This document shows positions 18,701-27,733 of a stretch of 64,000 nucleotides of DNA, piece by piece. The DNA is from an uncultured Verrucomicrobiae bacterium (GTDB taxonomy: Bacteria > Chlamydiota > Chlamydiia > Chlamydiales > Rhabdochlamydiaceae). The stretch's first letter is position 1; each line of letters starts with the position of its first letter. Made by a program: the position numbers and the translations under genes. Below the pieces are notes generated by a model. It was not told the origin of the DNA and made no database searches. It worked only from the letters and a program-made list of their open reading frames with translations. Where the stretch lies: NCBI GenBank assembly GCA_963718565.1, contig OY970364.1:1472001-1536000 (forward strand). Reading direction: 5' to 3'.

Positions 18701-19826
18701 AAAACAGGTTGCCGTCAGTCTCGGAAAAGGCGCCAGTGCACCGACTGCTCTTGTGGATGCAATCAACTCTTTACAATGGATCCAAGTCACCAATTCTCTG
18801 CTCTGCTCCGGCCAACAAGATGTTCTTGTAAAGCTCAAAGATTTAATTCAAAATCTGGATGTCCCTTTGCGCCAAGTCTTCATCGAAGTTCTCATTATCC
18901 AAACTTCACTGACAAATTCTCAGGATTTTGGGCTCATGTGGGGCGGGCAAGCGCAATACTTTAACAAAGCGACTTTGGGGGGCGGCAATTTTCCCACGAC
19001 CCAAAATAGTGGAAGTGGCAACCCTACACCTGGAATTGCATTTCCTGCCACCTTACAAGGGATCAATACGACCAATACACCCAAAGGTGCACAGGTTCCT
19101 TTCATTCAAGGATTTGATCTTGGAGTCATCGGTGACATCATTATGAATAAGGGAAGGTCGTTCATTTCTTTAGGCGCTCTTGTGGATGCCCTTCAGGTCG
19201 ATCTAGACTCCACGATCCTTTTAAATCCTAAAATTATCACCCAAGATAACCGCCAGTCGACAGTTTTTGTGGGAACCAATGTTCCTTATACGGGTTCGCT
19301 TGTTCAAAACACTTCTAATAATACAACGACGACCTCTAACATTGAATACCGCGATGTCGGAATGAGCTTAACAATCACACCCATTCTCGGCGATGGTGAT
19401 GTCATCACCTTAGATATTGTCAATGACATTTCACAAGTCGTTCAGGCGGCTTCCAACACAAATAGTCAAGTTCTGACGGGGATCACGACTAGCCATGCTC
19501 ATATGGAAACGCGTGTTCACGTCCCCGATAATTATTTTGTCGCCTTAAGTGGAATGATCGACGATAGCAAAACTCACTTCAAATCGAGTATTCCCTGCTT
19601 GGGGGGTATCCCCATTATTGGACTCTTTTTTAGCGAAACCGATCGTGTGGCCAACAAACAAAATGTGATCATTTTTGTACGGCCACAAATTGTTAAAACT
19701 TATGCGCAATACAAGCAAATCACAGAACATCAAGAATGGCTATATAAAGATGTTGCACGTCTTCAAATGTTGAAAGAGACATTCGACGAAGGCATTGACT
19801 TTGTCAAAGTTCCCGAGAACGAGTGA
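15732..19826 (+). CDS. sctC: T3SS secretin CdsC/SctC with expanded periplasmic N-domain repeats
   Basis: Signal peptide; N0 YTVNFNNISIIEFIRFASKITNLNFVFD as in chlamydial CdsC; secretin domain QVFIEVLI..P.IITQDN..IEYRDVG..SSIPCLGGIPIIG; synteny. Confidence 0.88.
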   Translation: MKEFRKRYWYEVALCASFFSLIYSPIAYTADIEEKLIAADVQSNIDVDKDTYTVNFNNISIIEFIRFASKITNLNFVFDEGDLQFTVTVVSEEAISAKNVMSALSQVLRMHDLILLEQDGNVLITKSTKVNQIPPIVSGDLPESKASNAALITRVFRLKNANVGTVAGIIRPMCSDTALIEVSAETRQLIVTDVTTNVEQIASLLTSLDAPHTPLDVETYVVKNIPPQDLIAMTQQILNPFTEGNPLLLVPQNDTNSIFVVSTPYLIERAMTVLEDLDIPAKSVVISRQSMTGKNIFLYQTVHRSVEELMRELAQVNQQLKSMGGPQTSLQIAIGGVQPIQNTNSLMFVADSDTTATLKGILASLDTPATGKTSFYIYKIQKAQPSQIEESLKLMVDRLESAPRPDEDLIDAINSMRWIKETNSLIFTGSDPALKRLQEIVPTFDVSPYQALSGAQAQAKSTFLIYNPQYRSGEELSSELEDIGKNLKDSELADPSFLQTLDSMKWVSTTNSLVFTGDPQSIERVNVILKSLDTPTLPVSKAAQVFIYKPQYVSSDQIQNALDSLVPSLQATNSLSDQNLIHAIQSLQWNSETQSFMVTSDGTTIERLKGLLASIDTGQAPAAALAKGFFLYKLQYAHCDTVLEQLKNIASKLPANTLQNQNLIHAIHRTECIKENNSLLITGPSAAIEQEKTLIAEFDSSTGAPGGAHSFFIYKPKYLPPEEIEAALNDLAEDLQASGLNDPALFQTLKTMRYVPQTNSLLFTGNQEGLDKVQNLINGIDTSTALGAIQRIGNLTFFLYKIQYASADKLISSLKAFAQELTQTNVQDKQLADSINSVKWIKETNALLFTGNNDTLERIEQLVKKFDIPSLGGPAPVERAAQTFVIYNPKYLSGDELISILCDFMQNLVTSGVSDPGLFDAINNLKWISKTSSLLISGDKQSVEKVQQLLVKFDLPGKETITPSIESIDNTSFLVYKLQYHPGDDIQTALKQVAVSLGKGASAPTALVDAINSLQWIQVTNSLLCSGQQDVLVKLKDLIQNLDVPLRQVFIEVLIIQTSLTNSQDFGLMWGGQAQYFNKATLGGGNFPTTQNSGSGNPTPGIAFPATLQGINTTNTPKGAQVPFIQGFDLGVIGDIIMNKGRSFISLGALVDALQVDLDSTILLNPKIITQDNRQSTVFVGTNVPYTGSLVQNTSNNTTTTSNIEYRDVGMSLTITPILGDGDVITLDIVNDISQVVQAASNTNSQVLTGITTSHAHMETRVHVPDNYFVALSGMIDDSKTHFKSSIPCLGGIPIIGLFFSETDRVANKQNVIIFVRPQIVKTYAQYKQITEHQEWLYKDVARLQMLKETFDEGIDFVKVPENE

Positions 19827-19869
19827 ATTTTTTCTCATTTCAGGAATAGATCATCAAGTCGAAGTATTT

Positions 19870-20015
19870 TTACGCCTCAAAATCTTTAAGAATCTCATCG
19901 GGTAGTGGAGTGTCGAAATCTTTAGAAATTTTAATTTTTCCTTTTAAAGGACCAAATCGCCGCTTTGGTTTTTTGGCAATAGGAGAAAGTTTATCAACGG
20001 GTTTTCCTGCCACAG
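19870..20015 (-). pseudogene. C-terminal remnant of a Phd/YefM-type antitoxin
   Basis: AGKPVDKLSPI..KRRFGPLKGKIKISKDFDTPLPDEILKDF; 5' part replaced by a MITE-A end; no intact toxin follows. Confidence 0.6.
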
Positions 20016-20051
20016 CAATCAAAAACCGATTCTTCATGTTGTTTCGGTATA
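20016..20051. repeat. Isolated terminal fragment of MITE family A
   Basis: CAATCAAAAACCGATTCTTCATGTTGTTTCGGTATA resembles the ends of 6442-6611 and 58820-58989. Confidence 0.6.
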
Positions 20052-20133
20052 TAATTAAAAAATCATGCCTCACATGCTAAATGCCAAGAGAAGTTCTTAT
20101 CAAGAACCTTTTACATCCTGGCGACACGGATGA

Positions 20134-20288
20134 GATCAACGCAGAGCCGCAAAGACGCTGAGAAAATTGAAGATGGTAACGATTTATAAAATCTCCGCGT
20201 CTTCGCGCCTCTGCGTTGATCCCCTACCGGCTGTGTTCGTACAGTCGTTACAGGGAGGCTAAAAAAACCAATTTTTGAAGTTTCTTCA
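20134..20288 (+). repeat. Collapsed GxxExxY cassette (flanking inverted repeats) plus downstream repeat shared with 57529-57637
   Basis: GATCAACGCAGAG..CTCTGCGTTGATC inverted repeats; 20177-20288 aligns with 57529-57637. Confidence 0.7.
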
Positions 20289-20590
20289 CTCACCTTACGC
20301 AAAATGGGCTCCAACCATATCGCAACCAGTTCTGAACCGCAGCCGTTCAAGTTCTAAAAATGCCATTCGATTTGCCTTCATCAGTAATTGATATTTCAGA
20401 GCAAAATGATTCAAAAAAGTTTGAGTTCGGAGAAATTCCAACTTGCAATAAGCGATGATTGATTCTGAGCAATCAAGTAATCCGAATAGATATCGAGTAG
20501 TCTGTTCATTTTTTCTCCAAAAAATTGAACAAGACTACGAAAAAAAGACAGGCCTTGTCAAGAAATTTTTACCGATTTGCGTAAGGTGAG
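20289..20590 (-). mobile_element. Internally deleted IS (IS4 superfamily, IS701/ISH3-like), 302 bp
   Basis: 15-bp TIR CTCACCTTACGCAAA; 8-bp TSD TTTCTTCA; transposase N-terminus MNRLLDIYSDYLIAQNQ joined to C-terminus LNHFALKYQLLMKANRMAFLEL. Confidence 0.8.
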
Positions 20591-20650
20591 TTTCTTCAGT
20601 ATTTCTCCTTTTTCACTTTACTTTTTTAAGATTAGGCTTAAACTAATACA

Positions 20651-21616
20651 GTGGCAAAAGCAACTATGTGGCGATTTTTATTCTTTTTTTTCAGTTTAGC
20701 CTTAGCATTAAATAGCTGTCAGCGTGTACCAGACAACATCGAACCTACGCTTAGCTATGCAGTCCAAGACAAATATTTACTGTCCTTACCCTCTCCTTTT
20801 CCGCCTTTGACCGAAGAAGAAAAAGCACAAGATTGGGGAAAAGAAATGCAGATCGGTTTTGGGTTTGCCCATCAGCTCGATCTGTATCAAGCAATCACTT
20901 CTTTTAAACGCGCGGAATTTTTAATTCCTTCAGAAGAGAAAATGCGCGCTCTTGAAGCTCAGTATGAAATCCTTGTTTGCTATTACATGGGGAAAAAATG
21001 GAAAGACGTCATTGACACTTTCAATCACAGCCAGCTCCGCTATGCAGATCCAAGTTTTCCTGCATTTCATGATTTGCTGCTGATCCTCTTTGAGACCTAC
21101 AGCCAAGAAAAAATGGACGCAGATGCAGAGCGAATCCTCAGACTGATTTTTCAGTATTACCCAGAAGAAGGGCAAAAGCTCGTTTTATCTCATGCTCTGA
21201 TGACGGCTGATTTACCACTGATCCAGGAAATTGCTGCAACCCCTCCTCCAAAATCTTATCTTGAAGAGTTCTTGACCACTTATGAAACGCATAAAAAATC
21301 CGTTGGCAAAGCCCAAGGATTGAATGCGCTGATTCCCGGGGCAGGTTATCTCTATCTCGGCCAAAAGCAATCTGCCGCCACGGCTTTTTTTCTCAACGGC
21401 CTATTCATAGCCGCTTCGGCCTATTTTTTTGAGCAAGGCAATCTTGCCGCAGGGATCATCTTTACCAGTTTTGAAGCAGGGTGGTATTTTGGAGGTATTT
21501 ACGGGGCTGGACTTGAGGCCAAAGCCTATAATGAACGCCTTTACGAGTCCATGGCTACACCCATGATGGCTCGAGAAAGGCTATTTCCTACTTTGATGTT
21601 AAATTATGCATTTTAG
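20651..21616 (+). CDS. Conserved chlamydial TPR-like lipoprotein
   Basis: Lipobox-like LALNSC; helical repeats; C-terminal NALIPGAGYLYLG membrane motif. Confidence 0.65.
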   Translation: MAKATMWRFLFFFFSLALALNSCQRVPDNIEPTLSYAVQDKYLLSLPSPFPPLTEEEKAQDWGKEMQIGFGFAHQLDLYQAITSFKRAEFLIPSEEKMRALEAQYEILVCYYMGKKWKDVIDTFNHSQLRYADPSFPAFHDLLLILFETYSQEKMDADAERILRLIFQYYPEEGQKLVLSHALMTADLPLIQEIAATPPPKSYLEEFLTTYETHKKSVGKAQGLNALIPGAGYLYLGQKQSAATAFFLNGLFIAASAYFFEQGNLAAGIIFTSFEAGWYFGGIYGAGLEAKAYNERLYESMATPMMARERLFPTLMLNYAF

Positions 21617-21995
21617 AACGTGTGTTCTCCTTATTTTTTCTCCAGTTTTTCTCCATGCTACCCCCGGTTATTTTGAACCGTGGGGGAAAGATACGGATTT
21701 AAGCTATTCGCCTCACCCATTTGTTCAGGAGGTAGCGCCTAAGCATTCTCTTGCCGTTCGCGTCGCAAAACAGATCATTCTTTTTCACCAAAACGTCCTC
21801 TCTCCTGTCGATGGCCCTCGAAGCCATTTTCGCCCAAGTTCCTCAAGCTATATGATGCAATCGATGCAAAAACATGGATTTTTCATGGGGTTTTTCATGG
21901 GCTGTGATCGATTGATGCGCGAAAATAACGATCCGTGGGTTTATCGCACCATTGAGACGGAAGGGAAAATTTTCAAATACGACCCCATTCGTTGA
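21606..21995 (+). CDS. yidD: Membrane protein insertion efficiency factor YidD family
   Basis: FHQNVLSPVDGPRSHFRPSSSSY..KHG..MGCDRLMREN. Confidence 0.8.
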   Translation: MHFRTCVLLIFSPVFLHATPGYFEPWGKDTDLSYSPHPFVQEVAPKHSLAVRVAKQIILFHQNVLSPVDGPRSHFRPSSSSYMMQSMQKHGFFMGFFMGCDRLMRENNDPWVYRTIETEGKIFKYDPIR

Positions 21996-22003
21996 AATCA
22001 GAT

Positions 22004-23470
22004 TTAGACTGGGGGTAGTATAAAATAAGAAGGATCTAGAGATTTGATTTCTTCTTCGCTTAGCTCGTCCTCTTCGAAAATAAACTCTTCATTTTCTTCT
22101 AACAAACTGTGTGCAACTTGAGGAGCGGGAGCAGCAGAATTCTCTGCTTTTTCTCCTTTAGCCGTCCTTCCTTTTAAGAAGAATTGGATCGGGGCACCTA
22201 AAAAGCCGTAAGTGTCGCGAAATTGATTGATCAAATACTTCTTATAGGTTTCCGCCATCAATTTGGGATGATTGACGAACAGCACAAATCGAGGCGGCTT
22301 CACATCGACTTGCGCCAAATAGTAGATGCGCAGACGTTTGCCTTCTAGCATCGGCGGATGGTATTTTTGGACCACTTTTTCGACGAATTTGTTGAGCTGG
22401 CCGGTCGTGATTCGCCGATGTTGTTGTTCATAGACTTCTTTTGCTATCTTAAATAATCCTTCGAGATTTCTTCCCGTCTTTCCAGAGACGAATAAGAGCG
22501 GACAATGATTTAAGAACGGAGTATCGATCTCAAAGCTTTTGCGGCAATGTTCCATCCGAAAACCTTTGACAAGGTCCCATTTATTGAACACAACAATGCA
22601 GCCCTTGCCTTGCGCTTCGATATCAAAGGCAATGCGCTTTTCCTGCGTTGTCATGCCCCGCACAGCGTCGACGATAAGCACGCAAACATCGGCGCGCTCT
22701 AGTGCCCGCTGTGTGCGCACAGCTGCAAATTTCTCGACCACATCATGTTCTGCACTCTTGCGGCGAATCCCAGCTGTATCGATCAACGTAAACCAATCCT
22801 CTCCTTCAAGGATGTCAATATCGATACTATCGCGTGTGGTACCGGCAACTGGACTCACCACACAGCGCTCTTCGTCAAGGAGATAGTTGACGATCGTCGA
22901 TTTACCTACATTAGGGCGCCCGACAATCGCAATGCGGATTGTATCCTTTGTCTCCGTTTCTTCTTCGCGCAGTGGAACATCTTGAAATGCGGCTTCCAAA
23001 AGCTCAGCAATCTGGAAATTCTGTGTCGCAGAAACAGCGATGACCTTGCTGATTCCCAGCGAATACAATGGATAGATAAGGTCCATCCTCGAAAGATCAT
23101 CCACTTTATTCGCAGCTAAAACAACGCTCTTGCCCGTGCGCAAGAGAAGGCGCGCCACATACTCGTCAAGCGCTGTGATTCCTACCGTTGCATCGACTAC
23201 CATAACAATGACATCAGCCTCTTCGATAGCAATTTCCGCTTGACGGCGGATTTCTTCTTGGAAAGGCACTTCGGACTGAGGATTGATCCCGCCGGTATCG
23301 ATCACTTCAAACGGCCTGCCAAAACATTCGGCGTCAGCGTAAAGACGGTCGCGTGTCACCCCTTCCGCTTCATCGACAATCGCAATCCGTTTTTTGCAGA
23401 TCCGATTGAATAATGCTGACTTCCCCACATTCGGCCGTCCGACCAATGCCAATCTAATCGATTTGCTCAT
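22004..23470 (-). CDS. der: Ribosome biogenesis GTPase Der
   Basis: Two GRPNVGKS G-domains plus KH-like C-terminus. Confidence 0.97.
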   Translation of the reverse strand: MSKSIRLALVGRPNVGKSALFNRICKKRIAIVDEAEGVTRDRLYADAECFGRPFEVIDTGGINPQSEVPFQEEIRRQAEIAIEEADVIVMVVDATVGITALDEYVARLLLRTGKSVVLAANKVDDLSRMDLIYPLYSLGISKVIAVSATQNFQIAELLEAAFQDVPLREEETETKDTIRIAIVGRPNVGKSTIVNYLLDEERCVVSPVAGTTRDSIDIDILEGEDWFTLIDTAGIRRKSAEHDVVEKFAAVRTQRALERADVCVLIVDAVRGMTTQEKRIAFDIEAQGKGCIVVFNKWDLVKGFRMEHCRKSFEIDTPFLNHCPLLFVSGKTGRNLEGLFKIAKEVYEQQHRRITTGQLNKFVEKVVQKYHPPMLEGKRLRIYYLAQVDVKPPRFVLFVNHPKLMAETYKKYLINQFRDTYGFLGAPIQFFLKGRTAKGEKAENSAAPAPQVAHSLLEENEEFIFEEDELSEEEIKSLDPSYFILPPV

Positions 23471-23544
23471 GAAATATTCTCTTAAATAGGAGGGAATAGT
23501 ACTTGATCGTGGATTAAAAAACTACAGGCGCTAATTAGGAGCGA

Positions 23545-23571
23545 TTCTCGCTACACGCAGTGCAGCGAGAA
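23545..23571. terminator. Hairpin downstream of F-box/WD40 gene 6
   Basis: TTCTCGCT..AGCGAGAA stem. Confidence 0.4.
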
Positions 23572-23578
23572 TGTAAAA

Positions 23579-25123
23579 TTATTGTTTACCGCTTGGCTTT
23601 CCATGCTGATCATTCAAATAATTTCTAATTGCCTGGGCTTTTTGAACAGGCGTAGAACTTTGCTCATTTTGGTTGTGAAAAGTATCTTCTCCCCATTCCA
23701 AATAGTCCTTGGTGAAATGGTCCTTGGCAAAAAGTTTGCAAATGTCATACAACTTCACGAGGAAAGGGTTGCAAATCTCATACAACTTCTCGTAGATTGC
23801 ATTTTTTGCTGGTTCTGGCATCTTTAAAAATAGCTCAAAAGCTTGCTGAGTAGCTTGTGGTGTCCCTGTTTCTAACATGTCCGCGATCTCTTTAAAAATC
23901 TCGCCCTGGCTTGCTGTAAAGTCCAAGACTGTGATCGTGCCATCATGAGAGCCCGAATAGAATTTTCCGCCAGGAGCAACGGCAACACAGTTAACCCAGT
24001 CTTTATTCCTTTGAAAGGCAGTGATGCATTTACGCGTTTGTATATCCCAGACCTTGATGGTGCCATTTTCAGAGCACGAATAAAGTTTTCCGCCAACAAC
24101 GATAAGCCAATATTCCTCCCCTCTCTCTTGAGGGGTGGCGATGTATTCACCCGTTTTTCTATTCCAGATCTTGATGCTACGATCCCAAGAGCCCGAAAAG
24201 AGGTTTTCGCCAGCAACGACAAGGCAGGGAACAATATCTTCATGCCCTTGAAGGCTATTGATGCATTCACCCGTTTTTCTATTCCAGATCTTAATTGTGT
24301 AATCATGCAAGATCGTGCCTGTGCAATCACAAGAGCTCGAATAGATTTTATTGCCAGCAGCGGCAAGGCTGGAAATCTGGCCTTTATGCCCTTGAAGAGT
24401 TCTGATGCATTCACCCGTTTTTATATTCCAGATCTTGATGGTGCGATCATCAGAGCCCGAACAGAGTCCTTCATCAGCACCAACAGCGGCAAGATCGGAA
24501 ACCATGTCTTTATGCCCTTGAAGAGTTCTGATGCATTCACCCGTTTTTATATTCCAGATCTTGATGGTGCGATCAGCAGAGCCCGAACAGAGGTTTCCGC
24601 CAGCAATGGTAAAGCAGAAAACTGGGCCTTCATGCCCTTGAAGAGTTCTGATGTATTCATCCGTTTTTATATTCCAGATCTTGATTGTGTGATCATAATA
24701 AGAGCTCGAATAAAGTTCTCCGCCAGCAACGGTAAGGCAGCGAACCATGCCCTTATCATGTCCTGGAATAATGCGCGAAGTGCAAACTCCTCTTGGAAGA
24801 TTAAAATTAATATTTGAATAAAGAGCCTGGTAAGCTTTCCGAAAATCTTTAATGGCATCTGGGTTTGTATTTGGAAAATGATCTTCAAGTAATGCGCGAC
24901 AAAGACGCTGACTGTGTAGCGCCAGATTCCATTTTTTACAGACTGACTCACATGCTCTAATTCCCTGTACAGGTAAGCCTTTAAAAATTAAAAAGAAGAT
25001 ATCTAAGGGCAGCGACAAGGCCTGAGCGTTATCCTGGGGCACCAAGGCTAAAGTGTCGTCCTGCGGTATTACAACGGCAGGGTAGTTGGAATGACTTTGT
25101 GAATCATTGATAGGTAGGGTCAT
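23579..25123 (-). CDS. F-box/WD40-repeat protein 6 (outside the array)
   Basis: F-box LPLDIFFLIFKGL..CESVCKKW; about 7 WD40 repeats; family C-terminal domain. Confidence 0.9.
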   Translation of the reverse strand: MTLPINDSQSHSNYPAVVIPQDDTLALVPQDNAQALSLPLDIFFLIFKGLPVQGIRACESVCKKWNLALHSQRLCRALLEDHFPNTNPDAIKDFRKAYQALYSNINFNLPRGVCTSRIIPGHDKGMVRCLTVAGGELYSSSYYDHTIKIWNIKTDEYIRTLQGHEGPVFCFTIAGGNLCSGSADRTIKIWNIKTGECIRTLQGHKDMVSDLAAVGADEGLCSGSDDRTIKIWNIKTGECIRTLQGHKGQISSLAAAGNKIYSSSCDCTGTILHDYTIKIWNRKTGECINSLQGHEDIVPCLVVAGENLFSGSWDRSIKIWNRKTGEYIATPQERGEEYWLIVVGGKLYSCSENGTIKVWDIQTRKCITAFQRNKDWVNCVAVAPGGKFYSGSHDGTITVLDFTASQGEIFKEIADMLETGTPQATQQAFELFLKMPEPAKNAIYEKLYEICNPFLVKLYDICKLFAKDHFTKDYLEWGEDTFHNQNEQSSTPVQKAQAIRNYLNDQHGKPSGKQ

Positions 25124-25201
25124 AATTTATATCTCTGTGTTAAAGTTTTTATTTTATTTTTCTAATAATTTTGTTTTAATAAAGTAAATTTTCAAGCCTA
25201 A

Positions 25202-27268
25202 CCCAAGTTCGCGGCTTTCCCAGAGGAGCTATGCAAATTCGTCACTACATCTTGAATTAAACGAGTGTTTTATGACCTCTGAGAATTGAAGACGATAATC
25301 CCAGCGCCCTGTAAATCTCTATTTGCTCGCCTTCTGCCTTTGTAGTGCTGCGGTGGTAGAGCACCCTGCCTTCTGTTGTCTTGGCCCGCACAGTTACTCG
25401 GACTCGAGTAATCATGATATTACGTATTGTCTGCCACAAATAGTTTATCCCTTTTCGAATTAATTGGTGCCTGCAGTGTTGGATTAGATGGTAGGCAAGT
25501 ATGGTGATCCATAAATGCCCGTCCACTCGATGTTCCTTCTGGTGATAGACTGGACGCAATCCTAATGAGGATTTCATAAATCGAAACGCATCCTCAACGC
25601 TTCTGAGAACATTATACAATTGCCATAACTCTTTTGCTTCCAAATCGGTTCGATTTGTTCTCAGAAAATAGGAGCCAGTGAGCTTTTCTTGCATTTTTTC
25701 TTCGATCACCTTCCATTCCACAGCAATTGTGGTGAGCCCATCTTCTGAAGGAATTGCATTGACTTCATAGCATCCTGAAATTCTCTTATGCTTTTCCTTG
25801 AGCCGACCTACCCGTTCAAGCACTTTGTTATGCTTCTTGCGCCCTTTAGGTTTGGAAAGACCATTCGCAAGTTTTTGTAGATCATCTTCAAATCGTTTTC
25901 TAAATTTTTTCTTCATCCCTGAGGCGACCGCTGCTTTTGCTTCAGATTCGCAATAGAGCCAATTTTCCTCATTACCATCCTGACTGATCAAGGCAGCTTT
26001 TACTAGGTCATGCTGATCACCTACTGAGACTAATTGTCCTTCAAATTCAACAACGGGAGGATCTTGTCTTGCTGAGACAACATACGTATATCTATTCTTG
26101 CGTAACCAGGTCAGATTCTCTTCGGTAGCAATCCCTGCATCCAATACAATAGTTGGCTTGATTAGAGACGAGTGAATACTTAGGCTCGCGATCATTGTTT
26201 GTAGGGTTTGGGGCTCTGAAGCATTTCCTGCAAGTAATGAGGTTTTGATGAGAAATCCGTGCTCATTCATGACTAGCCCTATAGTAATGAGAGGGCAATC
26301 ATTTCGTTTTTCTTTCGAAAGACCATAGGCAGCTTTTGGATTTGCCTCAGCCCGCCCTTCTGTATAGGTATTGGTTAAATCGTAGAGAGCTATTGTACTT
26401 TTGTATCCATGAAATTGCTGTTCGATGGTTTCTAAAGCTGTTTCCAACCCGTCTTTATGAGACAGCAACGTATCGCTGATTTTATAGAGCTTGTGCAAAG
26501 TAGTTTTTGTAAAGTCGAAATCAAGCAATTCGCCAAGACCACTGCTAGTGCATAGCCACCGATAAGCTTCCCTTTCGCTGCTTGGGTGTACAGCCCTGGC
26601 AACGATCGATCCCAAGGCAATTGCGGCATCTGTTTTTGAAAGGCCTAGTTTTTGCAGCTGTTCCGGCAGTTTGAGTTGATTTCCCATCTGAAGTAAGAGA
26701 TGTTCCGCACCAACAGACCGTGGTTCAGTCTGTTCAATTGAATGAACGTCGATATTGACAAATTCAGGTAGTAGATCTTGTTTTAGTTGTTCCGCGTTGT
26801 CTCCTGGGTCGGACAAACGACGCACAATCTGCGAGGTGTAAGATTGGGCTAGCTTTTGAATCTCTTCTGGATAAGCGAATAACGATTGCGCACTTGTAAG
26901 AATATCTTCAATGCATTGAGCGAGAAGTGCATGCTGTTCTTCTGGGAGGTTGATTTCGGCTCCCATGTATAGAAGCGCGCGTTGGCGCGGGCCTCTATCA
27001 GTCCTCACGGATTCAACCAAGTGAAAAGCAGAGTAGGTTTTTCCGCTCTTACGGTCTGTCTTGAGGGTTTTTCTTATATACATGCCCTCAGATCTTACCG
27101 ATGGATCGAATTTATTTAAACATGAAATAATTATTTTACAGATTTTCAGTCACTACAAATTCGCAAAAACAGCAAAGCACTAAAAATAAGGGACTTACGA
27201 AAGCAAAGGTTGATTTTAATGTTGTTGATTATGAGGGACTTAGGTCAGCTCTCTCGGGCGAACTTGGG
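25202..27268 (-). mobile_element. IS1634-family insertion sequence (2067 bp)
   Basis: TIR CCCAAGTTCGC; 4-bp TSD CTAA at 25198-25201 and 27269-27272. Confidence 0.93.
25257..27083 (-). CDS. IS1634-family transposase
   Basis: LYDLTNTY.EG, GLSKEKRNDC, IVLDAGI, VEDAFRFMKSSLGLRPVYHQ. Confidence 0.93.
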   Translation of the reverse strand: MYIRKTLKTDRKSGKTYSAFHLVESVRTDRGPRQRALLYMGAEINLPEEQHALLAQCIEDILTSAQSLFAYPEEIQKLAQSYTSQIVRRLSDPGDNAEQLKQDLLPEFVNIDVHSIEQTEPRSVGAEHLLLQMGNQLKLPEQLQKLGLSKTDAAIALGSIVARAVHPSSEREAYRWLCTSSGLGELLDFDFTKTTLHKLYKISDTLLSHKDGLETALETIEQQFHGYKSTIALYDLTNTYTEGRAEANPKAAYGLSKEKRNDCPLITIGLVMNEHGFLIKTSLLAGNASEPQTLQTMIASLSIHSSLIKPTIVLDAGIATEENLTWLRKNRYTYVVSARQDPPVVEFEGQLVSVGDQHDLVKAALISQDGNEENWLYCESEAKAAVASGMKKKFRKRFEDDLQKLANGLSKPKGRKKHNKVLERVGRLKEKHKRISGCYEVNAIPSEDGLTTIAVEWKVIEEKMQEKLTGSYFLRTNRTDLEAKELWQLYNVLRSVEDAFRFMKSSLGLRPVYHQKEHRVDGHLWITILAYHLIQHCRHQLIRKGINYLWQTIRNIMITRVRVTVRAKTTEGRVLYHRSTTKAEGEQIEIYRALGLSSSILRGHKTLV

Positions 27269-27271
27269 CTA

Positions 27272-27300
27272 ATTATATTATAAATAAAAAATAGATTCAA
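27272..27300 (-). promoter_or_regulatory. sigma66-type promoter of F-box/WD40 gene 6, now separated from its gene by IS1634
   Basis: Reverse-strand TTGAAT-N17-TATAAT identical to 4029-4057. Confidence 0.7.
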
Positions 27301-27353
27301 CTCATGTCTTTAAATAAATTTTTATTATATTTTTTAGAAAACGGGACAATTTA

Positions 27354-27470
27354 GTACGTCCTCAAAAACCTGTGGCAAGCACTGAATGTCATTTGGATCC
27401 ATGCCAGGCTTTGCATTTATCGATCTCAATCAGGCATGGATCCAAATGACATTCAGTGCTTGCCACAGGT
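27354..27470. repeat. Palindromic element family B, copy with a perfect 38-bp stem
   Basis: 27368-27405 is the exact reverse complement of 27433-27470; homologous to 48594-48726. Confidence 0.9.
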
Positions 27471-27733
27471 CTCCATCGATTTAGCACAATTTGTTCATGA
27501 GCGTTATCAAATGTTTTCGCCTACATATTCCCTCCTTTTAGGGTTATGATCGGATTTTCACCGACTAGTAATTGCCCATACCGGGCGCACCCCGCCCTAG
27601 CTCCGCCTTTTCGGGCGGGTCCCTTTTCGCGTCGACTCGCAGAGCCATTCTTAAATCAAACATCAGGCTTTTTACACTTATCGTTGATATGCACACTCTT
27701 TAAAAGAGTCAAAAAAAGCATCCATTTAAAAAA

